A DNA stretch of 64,000 nt from NCBI GenBank assembly GCA_037440465.1, contig JBBIUB010000001.1, forward strand, positions 140,105 through 204,104, read 5' to 3'. Position 1 is the first letter of the stretch. Every line of letters starts with the position of its first letter. The notes beneath the pieces are model-generated. The model saw only the letters and a program-made list of their open reading frames with translations, searched no databases and was not told where the DNA came from. Shown in pieces: positions 19,482-29,325 of this stretch. The position numbers and the translations under genes are program-made. The stretch comes from Coprothermobacterota bacterium. GTDB lineage: Bacteria; Coprothermobacterota; HKB111.

Positions 19482-20513
19482 AATTGAAAACTCTTCCCTT
19501 ATTTCTAATGATAATTCAGCCAGGAGCTTAAGAGCCCTGGCTGAACCTTCTACAGACATAGACGCCAGGCCACAAGAAGGGGTTATAAGACTCTGCTTTA
19601 CAACCTGTTTATAAGGAATGCCAATCTCCACGAAGGGTGCAACCGCTTTTTTAAGAAGTTCTTTTAGGCTATATATCGATTCTTTAGCCAGTATTTCCTC
19701 GTCATTAGGAATAATACCCCAGGCAATAATCCCTCCACGCTCAAAGAAAGTTTTTACTTCTTTAGTGTAAAGACCCAGGGACTCAGAATAGTTATAAGCA
19801 TCAAAGCTCAAGATATCAATATCAGTGTTTAAGAGTAGTGCCCAGTCGGTATTACCACAACAGTGAATTCCCTTAAGGCCTTGAATTCCCTTAAGAACTT
19901 CCTTCAGCGATGCGGTTACCAGCTCAGAAGACACAGGAACAAAGGCTGAGCCAAGGGAAACCAGAAAAGGTTCGTCTATAAAAATTATGGTGTTATTTGA
20001 AATTGTCCTTAGAATCCTTTCCTGCCATGAAACCTTAAATCTCAAAAATCTGGCCAGGTTATCTGTTAGAAGTTCATCATACAAAATCCCTCTGCCCTCC
20101 CGGTCTGTAACCGTAAGTCCCCAGCTTACAGGGCCGGTAATCTGCCCTTTGATCATCCTCGCTTGAGGTGCTCCATGAGAAATAAGAGAGTATAAGCCTG
20201 CTCCATATTCAGCACTCATCTTAAACATATCTAAGTTTTCTTCTTCAAAAAAGTTATATAGTTGTTCCAGGGTAGTATCAAAATCATCAGATTGCATTAC
20301 CTGGACTTTGCTATCTTTTACCACTATACCTGGAAAACCTTCGCTGAACTGTATATACATATTTTCCAGAGTAGAATACCGGGGAAGTTGAGGCCAGTGG
20401 GGAATGTCTGGGAGATATTTAAGAATAAGGGAGAGAGCTTCCTTAGCGGAAACATGAGGCATGCTACCAATAGCTGTTGGCTGGCAGTTAAAATCATACT
20501 TTCTATCCATCAT
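19473..20513 (-). CDS. Short 'core' folate-independent methionine synthase (MesB-like)
   Basis: PTAIGSMPH, WPQLP, KGQITGP, FIDEP, IHCC, SFDAY, TPSCG: single MetE catalytic barrel of 346 aa. Confidence 0.75.
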   Translation of the reverse strand: MMDRKYDFNCQPTAIGSMPHVSAKEALSLILKYLPDIPHWPQLPRYSTLENMYIQFSEGFPGIVVKDSKVQVMQSDDFDTTLEQLYNFFEEENLDMFKMSAEYGAGLYSLISHGAPQARMIKGQITGPVSWGLTVTDREGRGILYDELLTDNLARFLRFKVSWQERILRTISNNTIIFIDEPFLVSLGSAFVPVSSELVTASLKEVLKGIQGLKGIHCCGNTDWALLLNTDIDILSFDAYNYSESLGLYTKEVKTFFERGGIIAWGIIPNDEEILAKESIYSLKELLKKAVAPFVEIGIPYKQVVKQSLITPSCGLASMSVEGSARALKLLAELSLEIREEFSILS

Positions 20514-20640
20514 ACATCTGTACTATTATCTTTGAATATTCTAATTAGCTCCCCTTTCTAACACCCACAACCATCTTTAATATCTTACACTATTACAAGT
20601 TCTGCATCTGTAAGAAATAGGAGCAGGTGAAGCAGTCTCA

Positions 20641-20713
20641 CCCCCCTCTTTTCTTAGAAGGGGTCTGGGAAGATTATGTAATCCCTCTTAGTCCCCCTTT
20701 AAGAAAGGGGGAG
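20641..20713. repeat. C/G-rich inverted repeats, family B
   Basis: CCCCCCTCTTTTCTTAGAAGGGG and AATCCCTCTTAGTCCCCCTTTAAGAAAGGGGGAG hairpins. Confidence 0.6.
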
Positions 20714-20764
20714 ATGAAAAGTAAAGGATGGTCAGAGAAGATTGTCAAGCCTGACCCCAATATT

Positions 20765-22522
20765 CTAAATCTCTTTCATAAAAGAGGGTAACTCTTCTTT
20801 AGCTAAATCCAGAAAGGACTCAAGACTCATTACTCCAATATCACCTCTCCTTCTTTCCCTGACAGCCACTACAACCTGCTCCTTTTCTCTCTTGCCAATA
20901 ATCAACATATAGGGAACTTGTTCAAGTTGAGCAGACTTAATCTTAGATGATAGAGCATCATCTCTTAAGTCCACTTCTACTCTGAACTTCTTTTTTTTCA
21001 GTTCCACTGCAATCATTTGTGCATAATCGTTTTGCTCAGCTTTAACAGGAAGAACTTTTACTTGAATTGGTGCAAGCCACAAAGGAAAAGCTCCACTATA
21101 ATGTTCAATCAAAGCACCAAAGAACCTTTCAAGACTTCCTAGAATAGCCCGATGAACCATAACTGGCTCGTATTCCTTACCATCAGAACCCATATATGAA
21201 AGGTTAAATCTTTTAGGTAAATTAAAATCCACCTGGACTGTGGAGGCCTGCCATAATCTCCCGATGGCATCCTTTATCTTAATGTCTATAGCAGGACCAT
21301 AGAACTTAGCTTCACCTTCCATTACCTTATACCCCAGATTAAGCTCTGCCATGGATTGTGCTATGGCTTCCTCAGCCATCAACCAAGCGCCTTCTTCTCC
21401 TACATATTTTGACTTATTCTCAGGGTCTCTTACACTAAATTCAATGAAGTATTCTTTAAAACCAAAAGTCTCAAGCATATACCTGGCTAATTCAATAACC
21501 TCTTTTATCTCATCCTTTAGCTGGTCTCTTCTACAAAAAATATGGGCATCATCCTGAGTAAAACCTCTAACCCTTAGAAGACCATGGAGAACTCCAGATC
21601 TTTCATAGCGATAAACTGTGCCAAGCTCTGCCCACCTCATAGGCAAATCTCTATAGCTTCTAGTCTTTGTTCTGTAGCCTATCATAGCAGCAGGGCAATT
21701 CATGGGTTTCAGAATATAATCTTGCTCTTCAATTTTCATTGACGGATACATGTATTCACTGTAGAAAGACAGGTGGCCACTGTTTTCCCAGAGGTGCTCT
21801 CTAGCTATATGGGGAGTATAGAGAAACTCATAACCTCGGTTTAAATGCTCATCTCTCCAAAAATCTTCCAGGATCTTCCTGACCATCGCTCCTTTAGGAT
21901 GCCAGAGAACAAGCCCTGCGCCAATATCATCCTCAATACTATATAACTCCAATTCCTTCCCAAGTTTGCGATGGTCTCTCTTTAAGGCTTCTTCCCTTCT
22001 CTTTAAATACTCTTTCAGTTCCTCAGAGCTAAAGAACACAGTACCATAAATCCTCTGGAGCATGGGGCGTTTCTCATCACCCTTAAAATAAGCCCCCGCT
22101 ATACTCAGAAGCTTAAAATGACCAACCTTACCAGTAGAAGAAAGATGAGGACCCCGACATAAATCAACAAACTCTCCTTGTTTATATGCTGTTACTTCCT
22201 CCTCTTCAATTTCGGAGAGTAGTTCTACCTTGTAATCCTGCCCCATTGAAGTAAATAGTTCTATAGCTTTTTCTCTGGGCATCTTCTCAGGAAATATAGG
22301 GATGTCCTCTTTTATGATTATCTCCATCTCCTTTGTAATAATATCTAAGTCTTCGGGACTAAGACTTCTGGAAAGATCAAAATCATAGTAAAAACCATCT
22401 TCAATTGCAGGACCAATAGCAAACTTACAATCTTTAAAGAGTCTTCTCACAGCCTGAGCCATTATATGAGAAGTAGTATGGCGTAAAGTTTCTAAGTTTA
22501 AATCTTCTAATAAAACATTCAT
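20765..22522 (-). CDS. thrS: Threonine--tRNA ligase
   Basis: LRHTTSH, DLCRGPH, RDHRKLG, KPMNCP, RVRGFTQDDAH, HRAILGSLERF. Confidence 0.98.
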   Translation of the reverse strand: MNVLLEDLNLETLRHTTSHIMAQAVRRLFKDCKFAIGPAIEDGFYYDFDLSRSLSPEDLDIITKEMEIIIKEDIPIFPEKMPREKAIELFTSMGQDYKVELLSEIEEEEVTAYKQGEFVDLCRGPHLSSTGKVGHFKLLSIAGAYFKGDEKRPMLQRIYGTVFFSSEELKEYLKRREEALKRDHRKLGKELELYSIEDDIGAGLVLWHPKGAMVRKILEDFWRDEHLNRGYEFLYTPHIAREHLWENSGHLSFYSEYMYPSMKIEEQDYILKPMNCPAAMIGYRTKTRSYRDLPMRWAELGTVYRYERSGVLHGLLRVRGFTQDDAHIFCRRDQLKDEIKEVIELARYMLETFGFKEYFIEFSVRDPENKSKYVGEEGAWLMAEEAIAQSMAELNLGYKVMEGEAKFYGPAIDIKIKDAIGRLWQASTVQVDFNLPKRFNLSYMGSDGKEYEPVMVHRAILGSLERFFGALIEHYSGAFPLWLAPIQVKVLPVKAEQNDYAQMIAVELKKKKFRVEVDLRDDALSSKIKSAQLEQVPYMLIIGKREKEQVVVAVRERRRGDIGVMSLESFLDLAKEELPSFMKEI

Positions 22523-22542
22523 TAAAACACCTCCTTTAATAA

Positions 22543-22795
22543 TAAAAAACTCTCATCCCTATTTGAGGACGAGAGTTTATCCCGCGGTTCCACCTCAATT
22601 GACTCTGTTTTATATCAGAATCCGCTCAATTAAGCCTTTAACGCAGCCTTGCGTCAGTCCTTGTGAGTTATATCCTCTTTCTTGAACTGCCCCTCCGGGA
22701 TGGTGTTTCTCTGTCTTCCTATGGGAGGCTTCCAGCCACGACCTCCCATCTCTTGGTAGGTTAAAACAGAGTACTTTTCCCTTCTTCGGGTTTCT
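22543..22795 (-). promoter_or_regulatory. T-box riboswitch (Thr specifier ACC)
   Basis: T-box AGGTGGAACCGCG at about 22583-22595, terminator AAACTCTCGTCCTC/GGGATGAGAGTTTTTT, AGAGA and GCTG stem I motifs, GAAAC-ACC specifier near 22702. Confidence 0.92.
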
Positions 22796-22802
22796 TTTTA
22801 TA

Positions 22803-22877
22803 TGGTGGGCGGTGGTGGTCTCGAACCACCGGCCTCTACTGCGTCAGAGTAGCGTTCTCCCGCTGAACTAACCGCCC
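22803..22877 (-). tRNA. tRNA-Val(GAC)
   Basis: GGGCGGTTAGTTCAGCGGGAGAACG-CTACT-CTGACGC-AGTAG...CCACCA. Confidence 0.95.
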
Positions 22878-22886
22878 AGTGAGTAA

Positions 22887-22916
22887 ATTATACACTTACC
22901 ACAAAATCCCTGTCAA
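22887..22916 (-). promoter_or_regulatory. Promoter for tRNA-Val / T-box / thrS
   Basis: TTGACA-18 nt-TATAAT on the minus strand. Confidence 0.7.
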
Positions 22917-22920
22917 GCGT

Positions 22921-24261
22921 TCAAAGTACAGGCAGGTATGTCTCCAGCTCGTAATCGGTTACTTGGCAGCGATACTTATCCCACTCTAACTTCTTATTCT
23001 CAATAAAGTTCTTGAAAACATGCTCCCCCAAAGTCCTCCTCACCAGCTCGCTTTTTTCCGTAAGCTCTATAGCCTCAATAAGACTACCAGGAAGGGTATC
23101 TATCCCTCTTTCAGCCCTCTCCTCCTCCCTCATACGATACACATTCTCCTCAACAGGTTCAGGTAAGGGGTAACCTTTTTCCACCCCCTCCAGACCTGCT
23201 GACAGGATTACAGCAAAGGCTAAGTAAGGATTGCAAGCAGGATCAGGAGCCCGATACTCTATCCGAGTAGCCTCTTCCTTGTCTGGCTTATACCTGGGAA
23301 TCCTTATTAAATCAGACCGATTTCTCAAAGCCCAGGATATATATACAGGAGCCTCGTATCCTGGAACAAGCCTTTTATAGGAATTAACCCACTGGTTGGT
23401 AATCAGTGTGATTTCTCTGGAGTGACGCATCAACCCAGCTATAAAGCCCTTAGCCATAGGTGACAGGTTGTATCTATCTTTAGCGTCAAAAAATGCATTT
23501 CTTCCGTCTTTAAAAAGACTCATATGCACATGCATTCCGGAGCCATTACGTCCGAAGAAAGGCTTGGGTATAAAGGTGGCATAAACACCATTCAGATAAG
23601 CTACCTCTTTTACCACCAACCTGGCTGTTACAACAACATCCGCCATAGTTAAAGCATCCCTGTATCTAAAGTCTATCTCGTGCTGGGAGGGTGCACCTTC
23701 ATGGTGGGCAAACTCTACCTCTATGCCCATCTCTTCCAACCATAGAATGCTCTGGTGTCTTAAGTTGATGGCCTCATCCCTGGGAATCAGGTCAAAATAC
23801 CCTCCATAATCTAAGACCTCCGGCTTTGAATTAGAGTTCTTCAAATAGAAATACTCCAGCTCAGGACCCACACAAAAGTCAAACCCAGCCACCTTCGTCC
23901 TCCTTAAGACCTTTCTCAATACATTCCTGGGGTCACCCTCGTAAGATACACCGCCAGGCTCTACAATAGTAGCAAACATCCTTGCCACTTTCTTATCCCC
24001 TCTCCAAGGGAGGATGGTAAAGGTCTCTGCTTCAGGAAAGGCTACCATATCGCTCTCATCAATCCTGGTAAACCCTCTTACCGAAGACCCATCAAAACCC
24101 AAGCCTTCCTCAAAGGCTTTTTCTAACTCATGGGCAGTAATGGTAAGATTTTTTAAATAACCTAATATATCTGTAAACCAAACCTCAACAAAATATACAC
24201 CTTCTTCTTTTACATACCTCAGGATATCTTCCTGTGTTCTGGGAAAGTTGTTTGTAAACAT
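22921..24261 (-). CDS. glnA: Glutamine synthetase type I
   Basis: FDGSS, ESDM, GPELEY, HHE..PSQHEI, NGSGMHVH, RLVPGYEAP, RIEYRAPD. Confidence 0.96.
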   Translation of the reverse strand: MFTNNFPRTQEDILRYVKEEGVYFVEVWFTDILGYLKNLTITAHELEKAFEEGLGFDGSSVRGFTRIDESDMVAFPEAETFTILPWRGDKKVARMFATIVEPGGVSYEGDPRNVLRKVLRRTKVAGFDFCVGPELEYFYLKNSNSKPEVLDYGGYFDLIPRDEAINLRHQSILWLEEMGIEVEFAHHEGAPSQHEIDFRYRDALTMADVVVTARLVVKEVAYLNGVYATFIPKPFFGRNGSGMHVHMSLFKDGRNAFFDAKDRYNLSPMAKGFIAGLMRHSREITLITNQWVNSYKRLVPGYEAPVYISWALRNRSDLIRIPRYKPDKEEATRIEYRAPDPACNPYLAFAVILSAGLEGVEKGYPLPEPVEENVYRMREEERAERGIDTLPGSLIEAIELTEKSELVRRTLGEHVFKNFIENKKLEWDKYRCQVTDYELETYLPVL

Positions 24262-24401
24262 GAAACCTTTCCTCCTTTCTTTCTTAAATAATATTAAATA
24301 ATATCATAATCCGTAATGCATGATCCGGGTAAATGGGGACGTGCTACTTTTTACAATCTACCTCTCGGAACTTGTATAAAAACTCACTTGTCAACACGCT
24401 T

Positions 24402-24570
24402 TGTCATCCTGCTGAATCTTGTGTTGAACTTGGTTCCGCATTATCTCAGCATCTCGTCCTTTATGTCATCCTGAATTAATGCGGATCTCTCTTTTCATCA
24501 TCTATTATTCTTAAAGTATGAGACCCTGAACCAACCCTGATAAGATTTCAGGGCAGGGCTCAGGGTGACT
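24402..24570. repeat. Cluster of family A REP-like palindromes
   Basis: GTCATCCTG...CAGCATCTC, GTCATCCTGAATTAAT..GATCTC and GAGACCCTGAACCAACCCTGATAAGATTTCAGGGCAGGGCTCAGGGTGAC. Confidence 0.75.
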
Positions 24571-24603
24571 TCAGGGTAGGGCTTAAATACTCATGTCTCT
24601 GAC

Positions 24604-24730
24604 ATGTGGTCGGTAATCCGTAATGCGTAATCGGTAATCTGTGATGTGTGATCAGTAATTGGTAAACCATAACTCGTCACCTGTAACTCTTCATAGATTT
24701 TCTGTCACCCATCACTCATCACTCATCACA
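24604..24730. repeat. Degenerate 7-bp tandem repeats arranged as two inverted arms (family C)
   Basis: (nGTrATs)n such as CGTAATG CGTAATC GGTAATC TGTGATG TGTGATC, followed by (TCrTCAC)n. Confidence 0.8.
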
Positions 24731-24735
24731 ATTTT

Positions 24736-25194
24736 TCAAAGCAGGCTCCTTATCCAGTTTATGATACCCAGAGTAGCCAGAAGCACCTTAACTCCAGCCA
24801 GGATAACCCCGAAAAAGATAGCAAAAAAAGCTCTCTTAGGATCCATCCCCAGAAGCCAGCTTATAATGGTGCCTGTGTATGCCCCGGTTCCAGGAAGTGG
24901 TACAGCTACAAAGAGGGTTAAACCTAAAAAGCTGTATCTGTCCACCCAGGGTTGACCCCTTTTTCTCGCTCTTTCCAGGTAAAGATGGAAAGGTTTCCAT
25001 TTAGAAAGGAGTCTTTCATAAAATAATTCCAAGCCAAAAAATACTGGAAGAAAGAGTAAAGCATTGGCCAGGACAGCTATAGAGAAGGTAAGGATAGGGT
25101 CAAGCCCCAAAGATAATCCAAGGGGAATACCTCCCCTCAGTTCACTTACTGGTGTTAAGGTTGCCAGAAGAACCAGGATAATCTTTTCCAGCAT
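24736..25194 (-). CDS. COG2426 / small multi-drug export family membrane protein
   Basis: PVSELRGGIP, LFVAVPLPGTGAYTG. Confidence 0.88.
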   Translation of the reverse strand: MLEKIILVLLATLTPVSELRGGIPLGLSLGLDPILTFSIAVLANALLFLPVFFGLELFYERLLSKWKPFHLYLERARKRGQPWVDRYSFLGLTLFVAVPLPGTGAYTGTIISWLLGMDPKRAFFAIFFGVILAGVKVLLATLGIINWIRSLL

Positions 25195-25219
25195 TATTAG
25201 AAAATTCCAGTGAGTGATT

Positions 25220-25320
25220 TCATCTCTTTAGATTCTGGGGTAGAAGGTTAGGTATATAGCGAGTTGAAACCTGTCTTTACATATTGTACATGTCAGAATT
25301 TCCATAAGCTCTTTTCTCAT
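25220..25320 (-). pseudogene. Trm112-family gene with internal deletion and frameshift
   Basis: SD GGGAGG, then MRKELMEILTCTICKD (family N-terminus L.CP.CK); in another frame IPNLLPQNLKR* (family C-terminus GIPNLLP). The middle, including the second CxxC, is missing. Confidence 0.7.
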
Positions 25321-25371
25321 AAGAAGAACCTCCCTTAGTTTACACCACCAGAATAATATCACATTTAATCT

Positions 25372-25566
25372 GTGACATGTAATTGGGGAAGTGTGATATG
25401 TGATCTGTGACGTGTTATCTGTAATAAGTGATCGCTAAAAAGAGTCGAGAACTCTGTAAAATGTAATTTGTAATTATCATCCATCACTCGTTACTCGTCA
25501 ATCGTCACAGCTTATCCATTACTCGTCACCTGTCACATGTCACAGCCATTTCGTCACTCGTCACCG
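25372..25566. repeat. Family C heptamer inverted arrays
   Basis: TGTGATA TGTGATC TGTGACG TGTTATC TGTAATA AGTGATC, then CCATCAC TCGTTAC TCGTCAA TCGTCAC... Confidence 0.8.
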
Positions 25567-25599
25567 CATTTATGTTATACTCGTATAAAGCGAGGTTTT

Positions 25600-26031
25600 A
25601 TGGAAACAGGATTTAATAAATACTCTTCCTTAAAGACGCCATACGGAACTCTGACGGATAAACTAACCAGAGCTCTGGAGAAGAAATATGGTGATAAATT
25701 CCTTTCTTTAATTATTTTTGGGTCAGTTGCAAGAGGAAAGGGGAGAAAAGATAGCGATGTAGATTCACTTTTAATCATTGATTCCCTTCCAAGGGGTGCG
25801 ATGGCAAAGCAGAGAGAGTTTACAGAGGTGGAAAAAGAAATAGAAGGATATTTAAACATGGCGGAGGATGCAATAGTGGTATATGATAAAGATGATTTTT
25901 TCAAAAACATCCTGGAAAAGATTAGGAAAGGGCTTAAAGATTTAGAATCCAAAAGAGTCAGGTTGGGGAGTAGATGGTACTGGGTTTTAAAACCAGATTA
26001 TCGTTTTAAAGAGGTAACAAGGATTGGATAA
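25600..26031 (+). CDS. Minimal nucleotidyltransferase (MNT) antitoxin-like protein, probably internally deleted
   Basis: IFGSVARG....DSDVD motif, C-terminal WYWVLKPD; start at ATG 25600. Confidence 0.75.
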   Translation: METGFNKYSSLKTPYGTLTDKLTRALEKKYGDKFLSLIIFGSVARGKGRKDSDVDSLLIIDSLPRGAMAKQREFTEVEKEIEGYLNMAEDAIVVYDKDDFFKNILEKIRKGLKDLESKRVRLGSRWYWVLKPDYRFKEVTRIG

Positions 26032-26457
26032 TATCAAAATGGCCAACTCATATCTAAAGCAGACTGAAGAAAGGTTAAAACATTCAAAGGAGACCTTGAG
26101 TGGTAATTATGCTTATGTGATTGGGCAGAGTCAAGAGGCAGTTGAACTCTCCTTTAAAGCTTCTTTTAGAATTGTGGGGATTGAAGCGCCTAAATTTCAT
26201 GATGTTGACCCTATATTAAGGAGAAGTTCGAGTTATTTCCCAACATGGTTCGGAAAAGAAATAGAAAAGATGTCTTCTATCTGAAGAATACTGAGGAGAG
26301 AAAGAGAGCAAAGTATGTACGGGGATAATAAGTTAGCTTTATAGCCAGACGAATTGACACCCCTGAAGATGCTAAGACAGCCTTTGAGGATGCTTTATAT
26401 GTCTTTAATAACTGCAAGAAATTATCGGATGAAATAGAAGGCAAAGGAGAGAGGTGA
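26024..26457 (+). pseudogene. HEPN-domain gene with two in-frame stops and a frameshift
   Basis: SQEAVELSFKA, PKFHDV; after TGA at 26282 the frame continues RILRREREQSMYGD, hits TAG, then shifts to TPEDAKTAFEDALYV...ER* ending at 26457. Confidence 0.85.
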
Positions 26458-26466
26458 TTCTATCTT

Positions 26467-26538
26467 ATGGAAGTTGAGTTAGATAAAGTCATAGAAGAGC
26501 TAAAAAACAAACCTGAAGTAATAGTGGTTATCTTGTTT
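26467..26538 (+). pseudogene. Truncated N-terminus of a second MNT gene
   Basis: MEVELDKVIEELKNKPEVIVVILF stops where GS of the GS-x-RG motif is expected. Confidence 0.5.
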
Positions 26539-26561
26539 AAAAAAAGAGAATCGTCCCCTTC

Positions 26562-26945
26562 ATGTTAGAAGAAGAGTTTGTTGAGATAGCTATTCATGTT
26601 TTAGAAGAGATTAAGGAATACTTTGAAGGAAGGATAGATAATGTAGAGGTCGTCATAGAAGACCTTCCTTCTGATGAAGAAGTAATTTCCCTTGGTCTTA
26701 GCAGTCCTTATGACCTTCTAGGGCTTTACCATGGACACCCCTTCCCTTACCGTGGAAGAGCCTATACTTTTGTTCTGCCTGATAAAATCACCCTTTATCG
26801 TATACCCATTGAACTTAGAGCAAAGGATGAAGGTAATATTCCCCGGGTTATAGAAGAGATTCTGATCCATGAGATAGGTCACTACCTGGGGTTAAGTGAC
26901 AGCCAGTTAAGAAGATTAGAAAGAGAAAGGAAAAGGAGGTCTTAA
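26562..26945 (+). CDS. Zincin-like metallopeptidase (DUF1025 / Zincin_1)
   Basis: LLGLYHG, PDKITLYR.PI, HEIGHYLG. Confidence 0.9.
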   Translation: MLEEEFVEIAIHVLEEIKEYFEGRIDNVEVVIEDLPSDEEVISLGLSSPYDLLGLYHGHPFPYRGRAYTFVLPDKITLYRIPIELRAKDEGNIPRVIEEILIHEIGHYLGLSDSQLRRLERERKRRS

Positions 26946-26951
26946 TTCAAA

Positions 26952-28493
26952 TTGGTAATTATCCTGGATTTCGGTTCTCAATACACACAGCTTATCGTAA
27001 GAAAGGTTAGAGAGCTTGTTTTCTATGCGGAAGTTCTACCATTCAATGCCTCACTGAAGGAAATAAAGAACAAAAAGCCTGAAGCTTTAATTCTTTCAGG
27101 AGGACCAAGGAGTGTGCTGGAAAAAGATGCTCCTTCTATTGATAAAAACATCTGGACACTCAACATTCCTATCCTGGGAATATGTTACGGTTTGCAACTC
27201 ATGGCACGGGAATTCGGTGGAGAAGTGATTTCCTCTTCCTTTAAAGAGTATGGTCCAGTTCTACTCGAGTTGAAAAAAGAAGCTATACAAGAAGGGATGC
27301 CCTTTTTCCACAACCTCCCTGAAAAAAGTCAGGTCTGGATGAGCCACGGTGATTTAGTCCATATTCCACCACCTTCTTTTAAAATCTTTGCCTCTACCTT
27401 TACCTGCCCAGTTGCAGCCATGGGGAATCCTTCAAAAAAGATCTATGGGGTTCAGTTCCATCCCGAGGTAGCCCATACTACCTACGGAAAGATACTCCTC
27501 AAAAACTTCCTTGCAAATATTGCACATCTTAAACCTGATTGGAGTTTGAAGAGTTATTTAGACGAAGCTCTGAATAATATTCAGAAAGAAGCAGGAAATG
27601 GTAAAGTTATTTTAGCAATAAGCGGCGGAGTTGACTCAACAGTAACTGCTTTAATGTTAAACAAGGCAATACCCGATCAGAATTATCCTTTTTTCGTAGA
27701 CCATGGCTTATTAAGAGAAGGAGAGGTAGAAGAAGTCTTGAATGCCTTGAAAAATGCTGGTATAAGTGTAAAACTTATTGAAGCCCGAAAACAATTTATA
27801 GAAGCTCTAAAAGGTATAGAAGACGGAGAGAAAAAGAGGAAAATAATCGGTAATGAGTTTATAAAAATATTAGAAAAGGAGTCCAGGGCCATACCAGGAG
27901 TCACTCACTTAGCCCAGGGCACCCTTTATCCTGATGTTATTGAGAGTGCAGTTTCAGTAAGTGGAGTTGCTGCGAAAATTAAGACCCATCACAATGTTGG
28001 CGGATTACCTGCTAATATGAAGCTTAAACTAATAGAACCCCTCAAATTTCTTTTCAAAGACGAAGTAAGAGAGTTAGGGGACATCCTTGGACTTCAAGCA
28101 GAGATTCTCTCAAGACAACCATTTCCAGGTCCAGGATTAGCTGTTAGAATAATGGGTGAGATAACCGAAGAGCGGATAAAAAAACTAAAAAAGGCAGATA
28201 AAATTGTGAGTGATGAGTTAAGAAAATGGGAAAAATACAGTGAAATATGGCAAGCTTTTCCCATTCTTACAGGTACAAAAACAGTAGGTGTAAAAGGTGA
28301 TGAAAGAAGCTATGAGGAAGTGGTAGCTATAAGAGCAGTGTCTTCAGATGATGGAATGACTGCTAACTGGGTTGAACTTCCTTATCCAATTTTAAAGGAA
28401 ATATCTGAACGAATCACAAGAGAAGTGGAGGGAGTTAATCGGGTGGTATATGATATAACCACCAAACCACCTGCTACCATAGAATGGGAGTAG
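26952..28493 (+). CDS. guaA: GMP synthase (glutamine-hydrolysing)
   Basis: LDFGSQY, GICYG, QFHPEV, SGGVDS, IKTHHNVGG, KPPATIEWE. Confidence 0.98.
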   Translation: MVIILDFGSQYTQLIVRKVRELVFYAEVLPFNASLKEIKNKKPEALILSGGPRSVLEKDAPSIDKNIWTLNIPILGICYGLQLMAREFGGEVISSSFKEYGPVLLELKKEAIQEGMPFFHNLPEKSQVWMSHGDLVHIPPPSFKIFASTFTCPVAAMGNPSKKIYGVQFHPEVAHTTYGKILLKNFLANIAHLKPDWSLKSYLDEALNNIQKEAGNGKVILAISGGVDSTVTALMLNKAIPDQNYPFFVDHGLLREGEVEEVLNALKNAGISVKLIEARKQFIEALKGIEDGEKKRKIIGNEFIKILEKESRAIPGVTHLAQGTLYPDVIESAVSVSGVAAKIKTHHNVGGLPANMKLKLIEPLKFLFKDEVRELGDILGLQAEILSRQPFPGPGLAVRIMGEITEERIKKLKKADKIVSDELRKWEKYSEIWQAFPILTGTKTVGVKGDERSYEEVVAIRAVSSDDGMTANWVELPYPILKEISERITREVEGVNRVVYDITTKPPATIEWE

Positions 28494-28510
28494 AGCGAGG
28501 TTGTAATAAT

Positions 28511-28609
28511 GTCATCCTGAATTAATTTCAGCATCTATTACTTCTAGTTTATAATAATAAAATCCAGAACTAACCCGTGAAACTAGTTCAGGGCATGGTT
28601 TGGAATGAC
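28511..28609. repeat. Family A REP-like doublet between the convergent guaA and uppS genes
   Basis: GTCATCCTGAATTAATTTCAGCATCT ... AATCCAGAAC..CCGTGAAACTAGTTCAGGGCATGGTTTGGAATGAC. Confidence 0.72.
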
Positions 28610-28620
28610 AAACTTATATC

Positions 28621-29325
28621 CTATCTGCCAAAGCGGCGCTCTCTTTTTTTGTAGTCTGTCAGAACTTTTTTAAACTCCTCTTCGGTAAAGTCAGGAAAGT
28701 AAAGAGGAGAGAAGTATAATTCTGAATAAGCTGATTCATATAATAGAAAATCACTGATTCTGAGCTCGCCAGATGTTCTGATGAGAAGGTCAACCGGTGG
28801 GCTTAGATGAGTGTCAAGGTAGGAATAAAAAAGTTCCTCATTAATAGAATCAGGATCCAGCTCTCCTTTTTTAACCCGGGTAGCTATACTTTTAACAGCT
28901 CTTACAATCTCATCCCTACCTCCAAAATCCACTGCCAGATTAAGGTGCATCTTACCCTCTCTCTGCGTGAGCTCTTCTGCTTCTCTTATCAAAGATAAAA
29001 GAGTAGAAGGCAGGCGGTCTTTTCGCCCCAGATGAACAAGACGAATACCTCTTTCTTTAAGACCTGGAAGCTCTTCCCTTATTATTTCCTCAGCCAAACT
29101 CATAAGAAAAGAAACCTCCTTATCATTTCTGTTCCAGTTTTCAGTGGAAAAGAGAAAGAAAGTCAGGTGAGGGATACCATAGTCAAGACCAGCTTGAATT
29201 AACTCCTTAACAAGGGAAAATCCCTGGTGGTGACCTTCAAAAGAAGGTAAACCCCTGGCTTTGGCCCACCTTCTATTGCCATCTACTATAAATGCTACAT
29301 GGTTAATCTTAGTTGTTAAAGACAT
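28621..29325 (-). CDS. uppS: Undecaprenyl/polyprenyl diphosphate synthase (cis-prenyltransferase)
   Basis: HVAFIVDGNRRWA, FSTENWNR, DLLIRTSGELRIS. Confidence 0.94.
   Translation of the reverse strand: MSLTTKINHVAFIVDGNRRWAKARGLPSFEGHHQGFSLVKELIQAGLDYGIPHLTFFLFSTENWNRNDKEVSFLMSLAEEIIREELPGLKERGIRLVHLGRKDRLPSTLLSLIREAEELTQREGKMHLNLAVDFGGRDEIVRAVKSIATRVKKGELDPDSINEELFYSYLDTHLSPPVDLLIRTSGELRISDFLLYESAYSELYFSPLYFPDFTEEEFKKVLTDYKKRERRFGR

Noticed and set aside
20514..20764. SAM or cobalamin riboswitch upstream of the methionine synthase
   Set aside because: No recognisable S-box or B12-box consensus; the hairpins belong to dispersed repeat families
26282..26284. TGA in the HEPN gene as selenocysteine or recoding
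   Set aside because: It is followed by a TAG and a frameshift, so ordinary decay explains it
28621..29325. uppS coupled to nrdJ as a functional link
   Set aside because: No mechanistic connection; this genome strings unrelated genes into long operons throughout the window
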